From Pseudomonadales bacterium (lineage in GTDB: Bacteria > Pseudomonadota > Gammaproteobacteria > Pseudomonadales > GM7GCV1), in the NCBI GenBank assembly GCA_965204215.1, contig CBDBDZ010000013.1:1165606-1229605 (forward strand): a stretch of DNA of 64,000 bases, written 5' to 3'. Each line of letters begins with the position of its first letter. The stretch's first letter is position 1. Of this stretch, positions 9,916 to 21,469 are shown one piece after another. The notes beneath the pieces are model-generated. The model saw only the letters and a program-made list of their open reading frames with translations. It did no database searches and had not been told where the DNA came from. Both the position numbers and the translations under genes were made by a program.

Positions 9916-11574
9916 ATGTCCGATTACAATACAAAAAAATTACCGCTTCAACAATTTTTACATCGCGCAAAAACTTTTCCCTACAAAGCTTATTTGCATC
10001 AGCCAGTGGGCAGTAAGTGGACGACTTATACCTGGGGTGAAATTGATAGTTTGGCGCGCAAAGTAGCTGCGGCATTGCAAGCAAACGGCTTACAAGCTGG
10101 TGATAAAGTCGCTATATTGGCTAAAAACAGCGTTGAGTGGGTGGTAGTGGATTTTGCAATTGCAATGGTTGGAATGATAAGTGTACCCATTTATTCCACT
10201 GCTGGAAGCCATACGATTGAATATGTATTGGAACACAGTGAAGCCAAGTTAATGTTTGTTGGTAAATTGGATAGTTGCGCTGCTTTAAAGGTAGCAAATG
10301 TCAATATTCCTACCGTAGCTTTTCCCTACAAAGCTCTGATTGACAGTTACCAATCCAGTCATCAATGGGCTGACTTTATCAATGTCGAACCGTTAATCAA
10401 TGTATATGACCAGCAAGAAGACGATATTTACACTTTGGTTTATACCTCAGGCAGTACAGGTAAACCTAAAGGTGTGGTATTGAGTTGCTTAAATATGGCA
10501 TTGGCAACCGTTAGCTTGCGTGAATTATACAATGATGAAGATACAGCCAAAGGGGTGTCCTATTTGCCAATGGCGCACATAACCGAGCGCTCTGTGGTAA
10601 CCATGACTTCGCTTTATGTTAATTCAGAAATATATTTTGTCGAAAGTCTGGATACTTTTGTACAAGACCTAAAGCATGCTAAACCTACACATTTTGTATC
10701 AGTACCTAGGTTATGGGCAAAATTTCAAACTGGTATTTTGGAAAAAATGCCCGATAGCAAATTACAGTTATTACTTAAAATACCTTTTGTTGGTAAACGT
10801 GTAGCTGCTAAAATTCGTGAAGGTTTAGGGCTAGGAGAATGTACACAATTTTCATCTGGCTCTGCGCCGATATCTCCAAGTTTACTGAAATGGTATGCTA
10901 AATTGGGAATGCCAATCTGTGAGGGTTGGGGCATGTCAGAAACCGCAGGTGCGGCTTGTGCTAATATGCCTTATAACGAATCGCACCTGGGTACTATTGG
11001 TTTAGCCTTAGATACCATTCAACTAAAATTAGGTGACAATGACGAATTATTAATCAAAGGACCTTCCATTTTTAAATCTTATTATAAAAACCCTGAAGCA
11101 ACGGCAGAAGCGTTTAGTGATGGCTGGTTCAAAACGGGGGATAAAGCCAAACAAAACGCAGATGGCAGTTGGGTAATTACCGGCAGAGTCAAAGAGCAAT
11201 TTAAAACAGCCAAGGGCAAATATGTTGCACCGGTGCCAATAGAAAGTTTGTTGGGAGACAATTCCATTATTGAGCAATGCTGTGTCGTGGGTTTAGGCAA
11301 ACCACAGCCTATGGCGCTAGTAGTGCTTAACTGTATGGATACCATGTCCGAAGAAAAAATTTCTGAAAGTTTGTCAGTTACCATTGAAAGTGTTAACAAA
11401 CAGTTAGAATCGCATGAGCGGCTATCTCATATTCTGGTTACGCAAGAGCCCTGGTCTATTGAAAACGGTTTGTTAACACCTACTTTAAAACTGAAACGCC
11501 CTGAAATAGAACGTCACTACCAGACCTTAATTGATGGTAGCCATAGGCAGCCTGTAGTTTTTGAAAACATTTAA
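9916..11574 (+). CDS. AMP-dependent acyl-CoA synthetase (long-chain fatty acid-CoA ligase-like)
   Basis: 552 aa with the AMP-binding signature YTSGSTGKPKGV, plus GWFKTGD and the C-terminal LTPTLKLKR motif. Confidence 0.85.
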   Translation: MSDYNTKKLPLQQFLHRAKTFPYKAYLHQPVGSKWTTYTWGEIDSLARKVAAALQANGLQAGDKVAILAKNSVEWVVVDFAIAMVGMISVPIYSTAGSHTIEYVLEHSEAKLMFVGKLDSCAALKVANVNIPTVAFPYKALIDSYQSSHQWADFINVEPLINVYDQQEDDIYTLVYTSGSTGKPKGVVLSCLNMALATVSLRELYNDEDTAKGVSYLPMAHITERSVVTMTSLYVNSEIYFVESLDTFVQDLKHAKPTHFVSVPRLWAKFQTGILEKMPDSKLQLLLKIPFVGKRVAAKIREGLGLGECTQFSSGSAPISPSLLKWYAKLGMPICEGWGMSETAGAACANMPYNESHLGTIGLALDTIQLKLGDNDELLIKGPSIFKSYYKNPEATAEAFSDGWFKTGDKAKQNADGSWVITGRVKEQFKTAKGKYVAPVPIESLLGDNSIIEQCCVVGLGKPQPMALVVLNCMDTMSEEKISESLSVTIESVNKQLESHERLSHILVTQEPWSIENGLLTPTLKLKRPEIERHYQTLIDGSHRQPVVFENI

Positions 11575-11579
11575 AGAAA

Positions 11580-12584
11580 ATGGAACTTGATGTAGATATC
11601 TTAAATCAATATTTAGAAAGTAATATTGAATCATTTCGAGGTTTGCAACATATTGATAAATTTAGCGTGGGGCAATCCAACCCTACTTATCTTCTAACGG
11701 CAGACAGCGGCAAATACGTTTTAAGAAAACAACCTTCTGGCAAATTGCTAAAATCGGCCCATGCTGTGGATAGAGAATACCGAGTTATTACTGCTTTGCA
11801 TAATAACGGTTTTCCCGCACCGTTGACTTACCATCTCTGCGAAAATATTGACATTTTAGGTTGTCTCTTTTTTGTGATGGATTTTGCAGATGGTACCTTA
11901 CATGGAGATCCATCATTACCTGAAATAGAAGAAACGAGTCGTGCAAATTACCATTTTGCCGTCATTGATACTTTAGCTCAGTTACACTCCATTGACTTAG
12001 AACAAGCTAATTTGACGACTTATGGCAGGGGCACTGATTTCTTTGCAAGGCAAATAGCCTTATGGATAAAGCAATACCGTGCTGCCGAAACGCAGTTGCG
12101 CGCCGATATGGAAACCTTGATTGAGTGGCTGCCAGCTAATATGCCCGCCGATACAGACGATATTTGCTTAATTCATGGCGATTATAAATTTGACAACATG
12201 CTTTTTGTCCACAATCAACCCAAAGTGTTGGCTGTATTAGATTGGGAACTATCTACGCTGGGAAACCCTATTGTTGATTTAGCATATTTCTGTATGACAT
12301 TGCGTTTACCCGCTGTGGGAATTACTCCTGGATTAGGAGGCATCGATAGAAGCAGTATGGGCATTCCCGAAGAACAGATTTTACTCGATCGTTATTGCAC
12401 CATGATGCAACGCCCGATGATTGAAAATTGGAACTGGTACTTAGTCTTTAGCTTTTTTCGACTTGCATCTATTTCTCAAGGCGTTTATAAGCGTTCAATA
12501 GATGGCAATGCCTCGAGCTCTAAAGCTGTTATTGCAGGGGAGGCAGCACAACAATTAACGAAAATGGCTATTGAATTAATTTAA
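11580..12584 (+). CDS. Phosphotransferase-family protein (APH/ChoK-like kinase fold)
   Basis: 334 aa with the Brenner motif LIHGDYKFDNMLF followed by VLDWELS. This family is often found next to acyl-CoA metabolism genes. Confidence 0.8.
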   Translation: MELDVDILNQYLESNIESFRGLQHIDKFSVGQSNPTYLLTADSGKYVLRKQPSGKLLKSAHAVDREYRVITALHNNGFPAPLTYHLCENIDILGCLFFVMDFADGTLHGDPSLPEIEETSRANYHFAVIDTLAQLHSIDLEQANLTTYGRGTDFFARQIALWIKQYRAAETQLRADMETLIEWLPANMPADTDDICLIHGDYKFDNMLFVHNQPKVLAVLDWELSTLGNPIVDLAYFCMTLRLPAVGITPGLGGIDRSSMGIPEEQILLDRYCTMMQRPMIENWNWYLVFSFFRLASISQGVYKRSIDGNASSSKAVIAGEAAQQLTKMAIELI

Positions 12585-12587
12585 AGG

Positions 12588-12616
12588 TTGATTTTAACCA
12601 TATTTGTCAGTATCAT
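12588..12616 (+). promoter_or_regulatory. Candidate sigma70 promoter of rplM-rpsI
   Basis: TTGATT, a 17-nt spacer, then TATCAT, located 39 nt upstream of the rplM ATG. It is followed directly by a GC-rich CCGCGCCC discriminator, as expected for stringently controlled ribosomal-protein promoters. Confidence 0.5.
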
Positions 12617-12654
12617 CCGCGCCCTTATTTATATAGCACGTTTCGGACCATAAC

Positions 12655-13092
12655 ATGAAGACATACAGCGCCAAACCTGCTACCGTGAAACGCGATTGGT
12701 ACATCATTGATGCACAAGGTCTTGTATTGGGCCGCCTTGCATCAGGAGTAGCGCATCGCCTTCGTGGTAAGCACAAACCTGAATACACTCCTCATATTGA
12801 TACTGGCGATTATATCGTTGTTATCAATGCGGAAAAAATCAAAGTTACAGGTAAGAAAATTACTGATAAGCTTTATCACCATCACACCGGTTACATAGGT
12901 GGGCTTAAAACGAGCACTTATGGCAAATTGATTGCAGACTATCCCGACAGACCTTTAACCATGGCGGTTAAAGGAATGCTCCCTAAAGGACCGCTGGGTA
13001 GAACCATGTTGAAAAAACTTAAAGTTTATGCGGGTTCAGAGCATCCACATAGCGCTCAGCAACCTAAACCACTAACATTAAAAGGGGTGTAA
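12655..13092 (+). CDS. rplM: 50S ribosomal protein L13
   Basis: 145 aa starting [20 protein letters not shown], which is unmistakably L13. The conserved rplM-rpsI pairing is present. Confidence 0.97.
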   Translation: MKTYSAKPATVKRDWYIIDAQGLVLGRLASGVAHRLRGKHKPEYTPHIDTGDYIVVINAEKIKVTGKKITDKLYHHHTGYIGGLKTSTYGKLIADYPDRPLTMAVKGMLPKGPLGRTMLKKLKVYAGSEHPHSAQQPKPLTLKGV

Positions 13093-13095
13093 TTT

Positions 13096-13494
13096 ATGGC
13101 TAATGAAACTCAAACATATTACGGTACAGGGCGACGTAAAACCTCAACTGCTCGTATTTTTATGCAAGAAGGCAGTGGCAATATTATTGTCAATGGTAAA
13201 AGTCTGGACGATTATTTTGGTCGTGAAGTTGCGCGTATGATTGTTCGTCAACCCATTGAACTGATAGAGGAGACTGACAAATTTGACTTTAATATCACTG
13301 TTAAAGGTGGCGGTAGCTTTGGTCAAGCGGGAGCTATTCGTCACGGTATGACCAGAGCTTTAATGCAATATAACGAAGAGCACAGGCCTGCACTGCGTGA
13401 AGCTGGTTATGTTACTCGTGACGCACGTCAAGTTGAACGTAAGAAAATTGGTTTGCACAAAGCACGCAAACGCCCACAATTCTCCAAGCGTTAA
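13096..13494 (+). CDS. rpsI: 30S ribosomal protein S9
   Basis: 132 aa starting [15 protein letters not shown] and ending [11 protein letters not shown], the canonical S9 termini. Confidence 0.97.
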   Translation: MANETQTYYGTGRRKTSTARIFMQEGSGNIIVNGKSLDDYFGREVARMIVRQPIELIEETDKFDFNITVKGGGSFGQAGAIRHGMTRALMQYNEEHRPALREAGYVTRDARQVERKKIGLHKARKRPQFSKR

Positions 13495-13515
13495 TTTGGG
13501 GTATCAACCTCATGT

Positions 13516-13546
13516 AAAAAACCTCGCTATTGCGGGGCTTTTTTTT
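13516..13546 (+). terminator. Rho-independent terminator after rpsI (possibly bidirectional)
   Basis: Hairpin CCTCGC-TATT-GCGGGG (13522-13537) is followed by eight T. It is preceded by an A-run, so it could also terminate the convergent minus-strand gene. Confidence 0.7.
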
Positions 13547-13648
13547 GGGAAGCATGTAATTTGTTCGGTGTTATTAACCTCGCAATAAACGCTTATTTTA
13601 CTTGCGTGAGCTTATGTTTTATTGCCGTTTTTGTCTTCGTTATAATTT

Positions 13649-14755
13649 TTATACCGGCTCTGGAATAACGACAATATTGCCTACATGCTGTTTTTTAAGA
13701 AACATCTGCTGGGCTTCAACTACTTGTTGCAAAGGAAAAGAAGCTGCTAAAAGCGGTTTAATCTGATGCGATTCAAGCAATTTAATCAAGCGTTGCATGG
13801 TGCCAGGCGGAACAATGGTAGCCCCGGTAAATTGCAGGTCTTTGTATATGAGTTGTCGCAAGTCAAAATCAACTTTGGTACCAGCTATAGTACCAGAAGA
13901 GCTATAGCGACCACCTTGAGTCAAATTATCAATAAGGGGATTAAATAGTTGCCCACCTACCACATCTAAAGCCACATCAATAGTGCCATTAGCGGCTTCT
14001 TGAATAGCACCACTTATATCTGTTTCATTTCTATCAATAACGCTGGAAACACCTAAATCATATAAATAAGAGGCTTTGCCTTTACTTGCAATAGTTATAA
14101 CTTTTGCGCCGCGAAGCAAACAAAGTTGAATGGCAAGACTACCAACGCCACCAGATGCTCCAGTAATAACAACAGTTTCACCAGGCTTTAGTGCAGTACG
14201 TTGTACTAAATTTTCAGCGGTGGTCAGCGCGCAGGGCAATGTCGCTAGCTCAGTATCATTGTAACTGCTGTTAATAGCTATGGCATTACTGCTTCTGACT
14301 TTGGTAAATTGAGCGAAACCCCCATCGCATTCTGAACCAAAATAAGCCGAGTTTTGGTTATCTAACCAGTTGCCATCGGCGAGAATCCATGGATCAATGA
14401 TAACGCGCTCGCCAATTCTGTGGGTATTATTGCTGTTGCCAACATCGACAATAACCCCTGCGACATCAGCACCTTGAATACGTGGAAATTGCAGCTTTTG
14501 AGCACCCCAGCCAGAGCCATGAGATTGCTCAATATTGAAGCCTGAACTAGCACCTGTACCAACTTCAGCTTCGACAGTTTTAGAGTACCAGCCTGTGCGG
14601 GTGTTAATATCGGTATTATTTAAACCGCAGGCTCCCACTTTGACCAGCACTTCATTGTGTTCTGGCTGGGGAATAGGGTAGTCGGTTCTAAATTCGAGTT
14701 TATCAAAGCCACCATATCCAGTGAGTAGCATGGCGTGCATAGTGTTTTTTGTCAT
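13649..14755 (-). CDS. Medium-chain dehydrogenase/reductase (zinc-type ADH / quinone oxidoreductase family)
   Basis: 368 aa with a GroES-like N-domain and the nucleotide-binding motif [17 protein letters not shown]. Its start overlaps the stop of the mutase gene. Confidence 0.8.
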   Translation of the reverse strand: MTKNTMHAMLLTGYGGFDKLEFRTDYPIPQPEHNEVLVKVGACGLNNTDINTRTGWYSKTVEAEVGTGASSGFNIEQSHGSGWGAQKLQFPRIQGADVAGVIVDVGNSNNTHRIGERVIIDPWILADGNWLDNQNSAYFGSECDGGFAQFTKVRSSNAIAINSSYNDTELATLPCALTTAENLVQRTALKPGETVVITGASGGVGSLAIQLCLLRGAKVITIASKGKASYLYDLGVSSVIDRNETDISGAIQEAANGTIDVALDVVGGQLFNPLIDNLTQGGRYSSSGTIAGTKVDFDLRQLIYKDLQFTGATIVPPGTMQRLIKLLESHQIKPLLAASFPLQQVVEAQQMFLKKQHVGNIVVIPEPV

Positions 14756-16893
14756 TTTAACCTGGACTCAATTGCGCCAATCGTTGCTTTAGCAGATTGT
14801 AAAATAGGCGTTCCAGGTCCAAAGATTTCGGCAACGCCAGCTTGTTTTAAAAACTCATAATCTTGTTTGGGAATGACACCTCCTGCGATAACAATAATGT
14901 CATTTACTTCTAATTTATTAAGTTCATCAATAAGTTGCGGAATAAGCGTTTTATGTCCAGCAGCTTGTGAGGAAACACCGATAGCATGAACGTCGTTTTC
15001 CAAAGCTTGCATGGCAATTTCGGCTGGGGTTGAAAACATAGGTGATAAATCAATATCAAAACCAATGTCAGCAAAGGCAGTAGCGATAACCTTGGCTCCC
15101 CGGTCATGGCCATCTTGCCCCATTTTACAGACTAACATACGAGGTCTGCGACCATGATTTTTTTCAAAATTTTGAATTTCGTTACTTAGCATATTCCAAC
15201 TCTCATTGTCTTTAAAGGCGCTACCATATATACCTGAAACGGTTTGCGATCTTGCCTGGTAACGCCCATATTCGCGCTCTAGTGCCTCAGATATTTCGCC
15301 AACAGTAGCGCGCATTCTGGCAGCATTAATAGCTAATTCCAACAGGTTTTGATTTTGGTTACCGGCAGCTTTAGTTAATTCATCTAATGCTAGTTGTACC
15401 GCATTGTTATTACGTTGGGCTTTAATATTAGCAAGTTGTACAAGCTGTGCTTCTCGCACTTTGTCATTGTCAATATCCATAATATCCAATGTGTCGCTTT
15501 GTTGTGCTTCGTTTAATTGGTATTTGTTAACACCGACAATAACTTCGCTACCACTATCGATACCCGCTTGACGGCGTGCAGCAGAGGCTTCAATTTTTAA
15601 TTTTGGCAAGCCTGTTTCAATAGCTTTAGTCATGCCACCATGTTCTTCAACTTCATTAATTAACTCTCGTACTTTTTGAGCAATTTCTTGAGTTAAGTTT
15701 TCCATCATATAAGAACCGCCCCAGGGGTCTATCACTTTGGTAATACCTGTTTCTTCCTGAATGATTAATTGAGTGTTGCGAGCAATTCGTGACGCAAAAT
15801 CAGAGGGCAGGGCAATGGCTTCATCTAATGCGTTGGTATGTAGTGATTGAGTGCCTCCGAAGACAGCAGCCATTGCTTCTATAGTGGTACGCACTACATT
15901 GTTGTATGGGTCTTGCTCAGTTAACGACCAGCCCGATGTTTGGCTGTGAGTACGCAATATTTTGGATTTGGGGTTTTGTGGATTAAACTCACTGACAATT
16001 TCAGTCCACAGTAGTCTTGCTGCACGCATTTTGGCTATTTCTATATAGAAGTTCATACCAATTCCCCAGAAAAATGAAAGGCGTGGTGCAAATTGATCGA
16101 TATCGAGTCCTGCAGCTAGTGCTGTGCGAATGTACTCTTTGCCATCGGCCAAAGTATATGCCAACTCTAGTGCTGCATCGGCACCAGCTTCTTGAATGTG
16201 GTAGCCAGAGATAGAAATACTATTAAAACGCGGCATATTTTTACTGGTAAAAGCAATAATATCACCAATAATTCGCATTGAAGGAATCGGAGGGTATATA
16301 TAGGTATTGCGTACCATGAATTCTTTGAGGATATCGTTTTGAATGGTGCCTGATAATTGCTCCATACTCACGCCCTGTTCTTCAGCGACTACTATGTAAC
16401 TGGCTAAAATAGGTAATACTGCACCATTCATTGTCATTGATACAGATATACTATCTAAAGGAATTTTATCAAATAATCGTTTCATATCTTCAACGCTATC
16501 AATAGCAACACCTGCTTTGCCTACATCACCTGTTACGCTTGGGTGGTCAGAGTCGTAACCTCTGTGCGTGGCCAAATCAAATGCCACAGAAATGCCTTGA
16601 GCACCATTGGCTAGCGCATTGCGATAGAATGCGTTTGATTCTTCAGCAGTGGAGAAACCAGCGTATTGTCTTATGGTCCATGGCCTGCCTGCGTACATTG
16701 TAGCTTGAGGCCCCCGAATAAAAGGTTCAATGCCTGGCATGGTGTCAGTATGTTGCAGCGTTTGTATATCGGCTTGCGTATAGAGAGGTTTAACGGCGAT
16801 ACCTTCGGTTGTCTTCCATGTTAATTCGTGTAACTTGCCTTTGGTCTGTTTATTAGCTAGCGCTTCCCATTGTAGTTTCAGGTTATCGTTCAT
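14752..16893 (-). CDS. scpA: Methylmalonyl-CoA mutase, single-chain form with C-terminal B12-binding domain
   Basis: 713 aa. The catalytic barrel shows [18 protein letters not shown] and [10 protein letters not shown]. The C-terminal cobalamin domain carries the DxHxxG motif ([11 protein letters not shown]). Confidence 0.95.
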   Translation of the reverse strand: MNDNLKLQWEALANKQTKGKLHELTWKTTEGIAVKPLYTQADIQTLQHTDTMPGIEPFIRGPQATMYAGRPWTIRQYAGFSTAEESNAFYRNALANGAQGISVAFDLATHRGYDSDHPSVTGDVGKAGVAIDSVEDMKRLFDKIPLDSISVSMTMNGAVLPILASYIVVAEEQGVSMEQLSGTIQNDILKEFMVRNTYIYPPIPSMRIIGDIIAFTSKNMPRFNSISISGYHIQEAGADAALELAYTLADGKEYIRTALAAGLDIDQFAPRLSFFWGIGMNFYIEIAKMRAARLLWTEIVSEFNPQNPKSKILRTHSQTSGWSLTEQDPYNNVVRTTIEAMAAVFGGTQSLHTNALDEAIALPSDFASRIARNTQLIIQEETGITKVIDPWGGSYMMENLTQEIAQKVRELINEVEEHGGMTKAIETGLPKLKIEASAARRQAGIDSGSEVIVGVNKYQLNEAQQSDTLDIMDIDNDKVREAQLVQLANIKAQRNNNAVQLALDELTKAAGNQNQNLLELAINAARMRATVGEISEALEREYGRYQARSQTVSGIYGSAFKDNESWNMLSNEIQNFEKNHGRRPRMLVCKMGQDGHDRGAKVIATAFADIGFDIDLSPMFSTPAEIAMQALENDVHAIGVSSQAAGHKTLIPQLIDELNKLEVNDIIVIAGGVIPKQDYEFLKQAGVAEIFGPGTPILQSAKATIGAIESRLK

Positions 16894-16905
16894 GTTTATT
16901 TATAC

Positions 16906-17310
16906 TTATTTATCTGCTGGTTGGCTGAGTTCAATCAAAACACCGTCGCAGGATTTAGGATGGATAAATATAACCATGCAATCATGAGCACCTTTATAAG
17001 GTGCATCTGATAAAAACTGATAACCCTTAGCATTAAGCCTGGCAATATCAGCGTAAATATCATCGGTTCGGAAACATAAATGATGCAAACCAGAGCGTTT
17101 TTCCAGGAACTTGGCGACTGGCCCACTGCCATTAAGCGGATGTATCAATTCAATTTGAGTAGGGGGCAATGGAAAAAATGCAGTGGTTGTCTGTGCTGAT
17201 TCAACCGCTTCAGTGCCACTGTATTCCAGGCCAAAATCGTTCATAAAACGCTTAATAGCCTGCTCTAAGTCAGGTACTGCAATGGCTATATGGTCTAGTG
17301 CCGTAATCAT
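16906..17310 (-). CDS. mce: Methylmalonyl-CoA epimerase (VOC/glyoxalase fold)
   Basis: 134 aa. The LDHIAIAVPDLEQA start and the HHLCF and GVLIEL motifs are typical of the epimerase. It is sandwiched between the carboxylase and the mutase. Confidence 0.85.
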   Translation of the reverse strand: MITALDHIAIAVPDLEQAIKRFMNDFGLEYSGTEAVESAQTTTAFFPLPPTQIELIHPLNGSGPVAKFLEKRSGLHHLCFRTDDIYADIARLNAKGYQFLSDAPYKGAHDCMVIFIHPKSCDGVLIELSQPADK

Positions 17311-19709
17311 ATTAATTGATTGAGAAATTCATGGGTAAATTGTTTGCGTTGTAACGCAATTTGCTCATCATCATTAAGCACAATGGGTTCATCAGGTGTG
17401 ACTTCTAAAATGACTTGCCCTTTTTTGATAATACAGCCATCAGTGTCGATAGAGACTTTATCAACCGTACCAGCAAAAGGAGCCTTGACAGTATTAAACA
17501 TTTTCATTACTTCAACAATATAAAGTGAATCGCCCTGATTAAAATGGCTGCCCACTTCCACAAAAGCCTTCATATCAGGTGATGGTTTGGAATAGTACAT
17601 ACCACCGCTGACAGCTAGTATCTGATTCGCGTTGGTTTGGGGAGGTGGAGCTAGTACCAGACTCATAGCTTGTTGATAGCTTTTATCTTTAAACTTATCG
17701 GGAATGTCAATAGTTAAGTTGTTGCAAACTGTAATGCTATAACACTCAGCTTGTTTGGCTAGCCATGGCAGAACTTCTAAGGTTCGGATATTTTTTGCTG
17801 TGTCCAGCGTTTGCAGTAATTCATAATCTTCTTTCCAAATCATATTAGCAGCAGGTCTGTTTTTGCGGTAGTCCATATTCAAATAGTGATATAAATCAGC
17901 AAGGTGGTTGACAGTTAAACTCGGATTTTCAATACTGTAATTTAAGCGCTGTAAATTGATCCAGCCCATTAAGTGGTGCGGATTACTAAAGAGCTTTTGA
18001 AGCGGTCTAAGTATTAAATTATGTGCATTGCCATCAGGGGTTTCAATATTGTGATGTAACAGTTTTAAATCAATATTCTGCGCTAATTGATAAAGTTGGC
18101 CTACTAAAGTCAAGTAAGGTTGAATAAAGGCAGTAGTAGGGCGAGCGTTGATATTATTACCAATAAACCAGTTAACCAAGCCGTATTGAAACGCCAGGTT
18201 AGTGGCTAAATCTTTGCCTCGTATAGTGCTTTGGCGTAGTACTTCCGCCATTTGTTGGTAGCATTCCAAGCGATTATTTCCTGTGGTTAACAACAATGCT
18301 ATATTAGAATCATAGGCGCCTGCCAAGTAGTATTTGATAAAGGCATCAGTGTCAGGGTTTGACGTGCATATACCCTGGTCATCGCGTATTTCAGTATCAA
18401 GCGCTTTCGACCAATATTCGATAGTACCACCCGCATGAGGTTGCAATGCGTGATTGGTGGCATTAAGTCTAGCCTCTACTGCGGAGCCTTCTCTTAGAAT
18501 ACGTTTGGGTTTAGGCAATCTCTTTCCATGTGCAGCCAGCAATACCATTAACTCAACCAACGACTCCACTTCAAATTGTTCTTGCGCTGCATCAGGGTTA
18601 CTAAATATTAGTTTATAACAAAGCTCGCTAACGCGGTGTTCTACTTGAATGCGGGTATTCATTTCCATGAAAAAATGGTTTTTGCCATCGACAATACACT
18701 CAAAGGTGGATACTGAATCAAGCCCTGTAGCTTTACCAAAGCGCACAGCTTCCGATTCCATTTTTTTCAAAATATCCAGGTCTGTTTTGAGAATATCCGC
18801 TTCAATAGTGTTGCCTTGCTGTTGTGCCGATTGTATAGCTTGTTGAAGCTCTTCCACAGTGACAGACACTTCCAGTAATTTTTGTTCGTGCATTTGCAGT
18901 GAACAATCACGGCCACCTAAGGTAATACACCAGTCGCCATTGCCAATAACCTGAATTTCCTGGTGGCGAGTGGTTTCAATATTGAGCTCAATTAATATGA
19001 CATTGTCATCATCACTACATTTCATTTCAGAGAGAATTTCTCTGCTCAACATTTCGGCATCCTCTGCATTATCTAAAATACGTTGACCTTTTCCACCTCC
19101 GCCATTAGTTGCTTTTAATCGAATTCTGTAGTCAGGGTATTGGAGCATTAAATTTTCAACTTGCCGCTTGACATTGGCTAAATTAGTTGCCTGGTTTATA
19201 CCAGGCGTCACACTGACATTTGAGGCTTCTGCTGTACGCTTGGCTTCATCTTTTAAACCAGCTTTGCGAACTGTCATAGAGCAAGGACCAATGAAGGTAA
19301 GCCCTACGCGTTCTACGGCGGCTACCATGTTTTCATCTTCGGCCATAAATCCATAGCCAGCAAAAATCGCGTTGTAACCATTAGTAGTGGCAATAGTAAT
19401 GATTTCTTCAATTCGCTGCCGTCTTTCATCGGCATTGTTACCGCTGTAATCAGCAATTGGGTGAATGCGGTGTTGATTTTTGAATGCGCGAAGTTCAGGT
19501 GCCAACGCATTGGGGTAGACAATGGAATCTTTATTGGAAACCAGTATGCCGTAGTGGTTAATACCCATTTCGGTAAATACATTCATCGCCTCAAAGCGAA
19601 TAGGGCCACGGCAAATGATTAGCGGTGCAATGCGACTGCAGTTAAACTGTGCCACCCAGTCAGTGGCAACATTTCCTAAGCGGCGATCACGGTGTACTAG
19701 TGAATTCAT
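17307..19709 (-). CDS. Biotin carboxylase / biotin carboxyl-carrier fusion (propionyl-CoA carboxylase alpha-like, atypically long)
   Basis: 800 aa with the ATP-grasp glycine loop KATNGGGGKGQR, the motif EMNTRIQVEHRVSE, and a C-terminal biotinyl-lysine motif EVMKMFN. There is a long divergent linker between the BC and BCCP parts. Confidence 0.85.
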   Translation of the reverse strand: MNSLVHRDRRLGNVATDWVAQFNCSRIAPLIICRGPIRFEAMNVFTEMGINHYGILVSNKDSIVYPNALAPELRAFKNQHRIHPIADYSGNNADERRQRIEEIITIATTNGYNAIFAGYGFMAEDENMVAAVERVGLTFIGPCSMTVRKAGLKDEAKRTAEASNVSVTPGINQATNLANVKRQVENLMLQYPDYRIRLKATNGGGGKGQRILDNAEDAEMLSREILSEMKCSDDDNVILIELNIETTRHQEIQVIGNGDWCITLGGRDCSLQMHEQKLLEVSVTVEELQQAIQSAQQQGNTIEADILKTDLDILKKMESEAVRFGKATGLDSVSTFECIVDGKNHFFMEMNTRIQVEHRVSELCYKLIFSNPDAAQEQFEVESLVELMVLLAAHGKRLPKPKRILREGSAVEARLNATNHALQPHAGGTIEYWSKALDTEIRDDQGICTSNPDTDAFIKYYLAGAYDSNIALLLTTGNNRLECYQQMAEVLRQSTIRGKDLATNLAFQYGLVNWFIGNNINARPTTAFIQPYLTLVGQLYQLAQNIDLKLLHHNIETPDGNAHNLILRPLQKLFSNPHHLMGWINLQRLNYSIENPSLTVNHLADLYHYLNMDYRKNRPAANMIWKEDYELLQTLDTAKNIRTLEVLPWLAKQAECYSITVCNNLTIDIPDKFKDKSYQQAMSLVLAPPPQTNANQILAVSGGMYYSKPSPDMKAFVEVGSHFNQGDSLYIVEVMKMFNTVKAPFAGTVDKVSIDTDGCIIKKGQVILEVTPDEPIVLNDDEQIALQRKQFTHEFLNQLI

Positions 19710-19728
19710 AGCATTATGAAATTAATGA

Positions 19729-21306
19729 TTAGTGAAACTCGCGTTGTACAGATTGCAACGGTTCAGCACGATAATGACGCAGGTGAAAATGCATATTTTT
19801 TACCAACTCTTTGCGTAAATCACAAGGCATAACTATCTGTGAAATACTACCAAGACTTAGCGCTTCTTTGGGGTTCATTAACTCGCGTTCATAACGCTGT
19901 GCCAGCTCTGATTCCCGTTGGGCTAACCATCGTGCAGATTCACTCCTGGCTTGGTTTCGGATGGCTTTTAATTCTTCTTTATAAACAAATTCAACACCAG
20001 CTGGGCCCATAACTGCTACTCTTGTTGAAGGTAGAGCTAGTACCAAATCTGCACCAGTAGGGTAGTTGTTATAAGAAGCGTAAGCACCGCCAAAGGCATT
20101 GCGAATTAGTACGAGAAAACGCGGAGTGCGCAAGTCGATAATACTGTCGAGCATAGCGCGGCCTGCTTGCACAATACCTCCAGTTTCCTGCTCTCTTCCC
20201 GGTAAAAACCCTGTAGTGTCTTCCATAAAAATAACAGGAATATTGTAAAGATTGCAAAAGCGGATAAACCGCGCATTTTTATAAGCAGCCGCAATGTCAA
20301 TTTGCCCTGATGCAACGGCGCTGTTATTGGCTACAAAGCCAACCACATTGCCACCTAAACGACCCAGAGCAGTAATGGTATTACGTGCACGCTCTGACTG
20401 TATTTCCATATAATCGCCATGATCGCAAAGTTGTTCAATAATTATACTGATATCAATAGGTGTGTTATATCCCGTAGGTGATGTAAAGGCTTGATGCAAT
20501 AACGTATCAACAGTTTGGGTTGATCGGTCTGTAGGGTCAGATTGCGCTTGTTGCTTGCGAACAGGTACCATCTGTTCATGGTTATCAGGGATATAAGTAA
20601 GTATCTGTTTGACTTTTAATAAAGCACTGACTTCATCTTCTACAATAAAATCGGCAACACCGCTTTGGCTGTGAACCGAAGGTCCTCCAAGTTCTCCAGG
20701 TGTGATGTCTTCACCCAAAACTGATTTAACTACACCAGTGCCGGTTAAACCGAAAAAAGTATCTCTGGGTTGAATTACAAAACTGCCTTGACGCGGCAAA
20801 TACGAACCCCCGCCTGCATTAAAGCCAAACATACACATAATAGAAGGGACAATGCCACTAATTTTACGCAGTGCGGTAAATGCTTCGGCGTAACCATCAA
20901 GCCCGCCAACTCCTGCAGGAACAAAAGCACCTGCCGAGTCATTCATGCCTATAAGAGGTATTTTACGCTTGCCTGCCAATTCAAATAACCTGGCTAATTT
21001 TTTGCCATTGGTGGCATCCATAGAGCCTGCCCGCACACTAAAGTCATGCCCGTACACCGCAACATCTCTACCCTGTATTTGAATAACGGCGGTTACCAGC
21101 GACGCACCATCCAAATTTTTCCCCCAATTTTGAAACAGTATAGTAGGTTCGTTATCGGCGAGTATATCCAGACGCTCCCATACCGTCATACGGTTTTTGG
21201 AATGTTGCCTGGCAATGGCTTTAACTGGTGTACTGTAACGCGCTTTTAACTGAAGTGCTTTACCTTCTTCAATGTCGCGTTCATATTGATGGATAATTTC
21301 AGACAT
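19729..21306 (-). CDS. pccB: Acyl-CoA carboxylase carboxyltransferase subunit (propionyl-CoA carboxylase beta / 12S-type)
   Basis: 525 aa of the carboxyl_trans family ([27 protein letters not shown]). It is adjacent to the biotin carboxylase. Confidence 0.9.
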   Translation of the reverse strand: MSEIIHQYERDIEEGKALQLKARYSTPVKAIARQHSKNRMTVWERLDILADNEPTILFQNWGKNLDGASLVTAVIQIQGRDVAVYGHDFSVRAGSMDATNGKKLARLFELAGKRKIPLIGMNDSAGAFVPAGVGGLDGYAEAFTALRKISGIVPSIMCMFGFNAGGGSYLPRQGSFVIQPRDTFFGLTGTGVVKSVLGEDITPGELGGPSVHSQSGVADFIVEDEVSALLKVKQILTYIPDNHEQMVPVRKQQAQSDPTDRSTQTVDTLLHQAFTSPTGYNTPIDISIIIEQLCDHGDYMEIQSERARNTITALGRLGGNVVGFVANNSAVASGQIDIAAAYKNARFIRFCNLYNIPVIFMEDTTGFLPGREQETGGIVQAGRAMLDSIIDLRTPRFLVLIRNAFGGAYASYNNYPTGADLVLALPSTRVAVMGPAGVEFVYKEELKAIRNQARSESARWLAQRESELAQRYERELMNPKEALSLGSISQIVMPCDLRKELVKNMHFHLRHYRAEPLQSVQREFH

Positions 21307-21469
21307 AAGACCACTATTTTAAAAAAATATCTAATTATTATATTAAGTTAGGCGATATATTTAATTGTTTATTTAATTCAATTTACAGGCAGAAAGATAC
21401 ACACAGATAATAGGGGTTGCCCGCATAAATGCCAGATTGGTTTCATATTTCAGTATGCCTTCTTTTTCG

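Noticed and set aside
1529-21249. Numerous 60-105-aa ORFs antisense to or nested in core genes, for example 1529-1750, 2162-2425, 5891-6438, 8173-8397, 10725-11399, 13144-13344, 14362-14562, 16017-16214, 18649-19582 and 20069-21249.
   Set aside because: All lie inside longer ORFs with clear family signatures on the other strand or in another frame. They have low-complexity or unusual composition and no start context.
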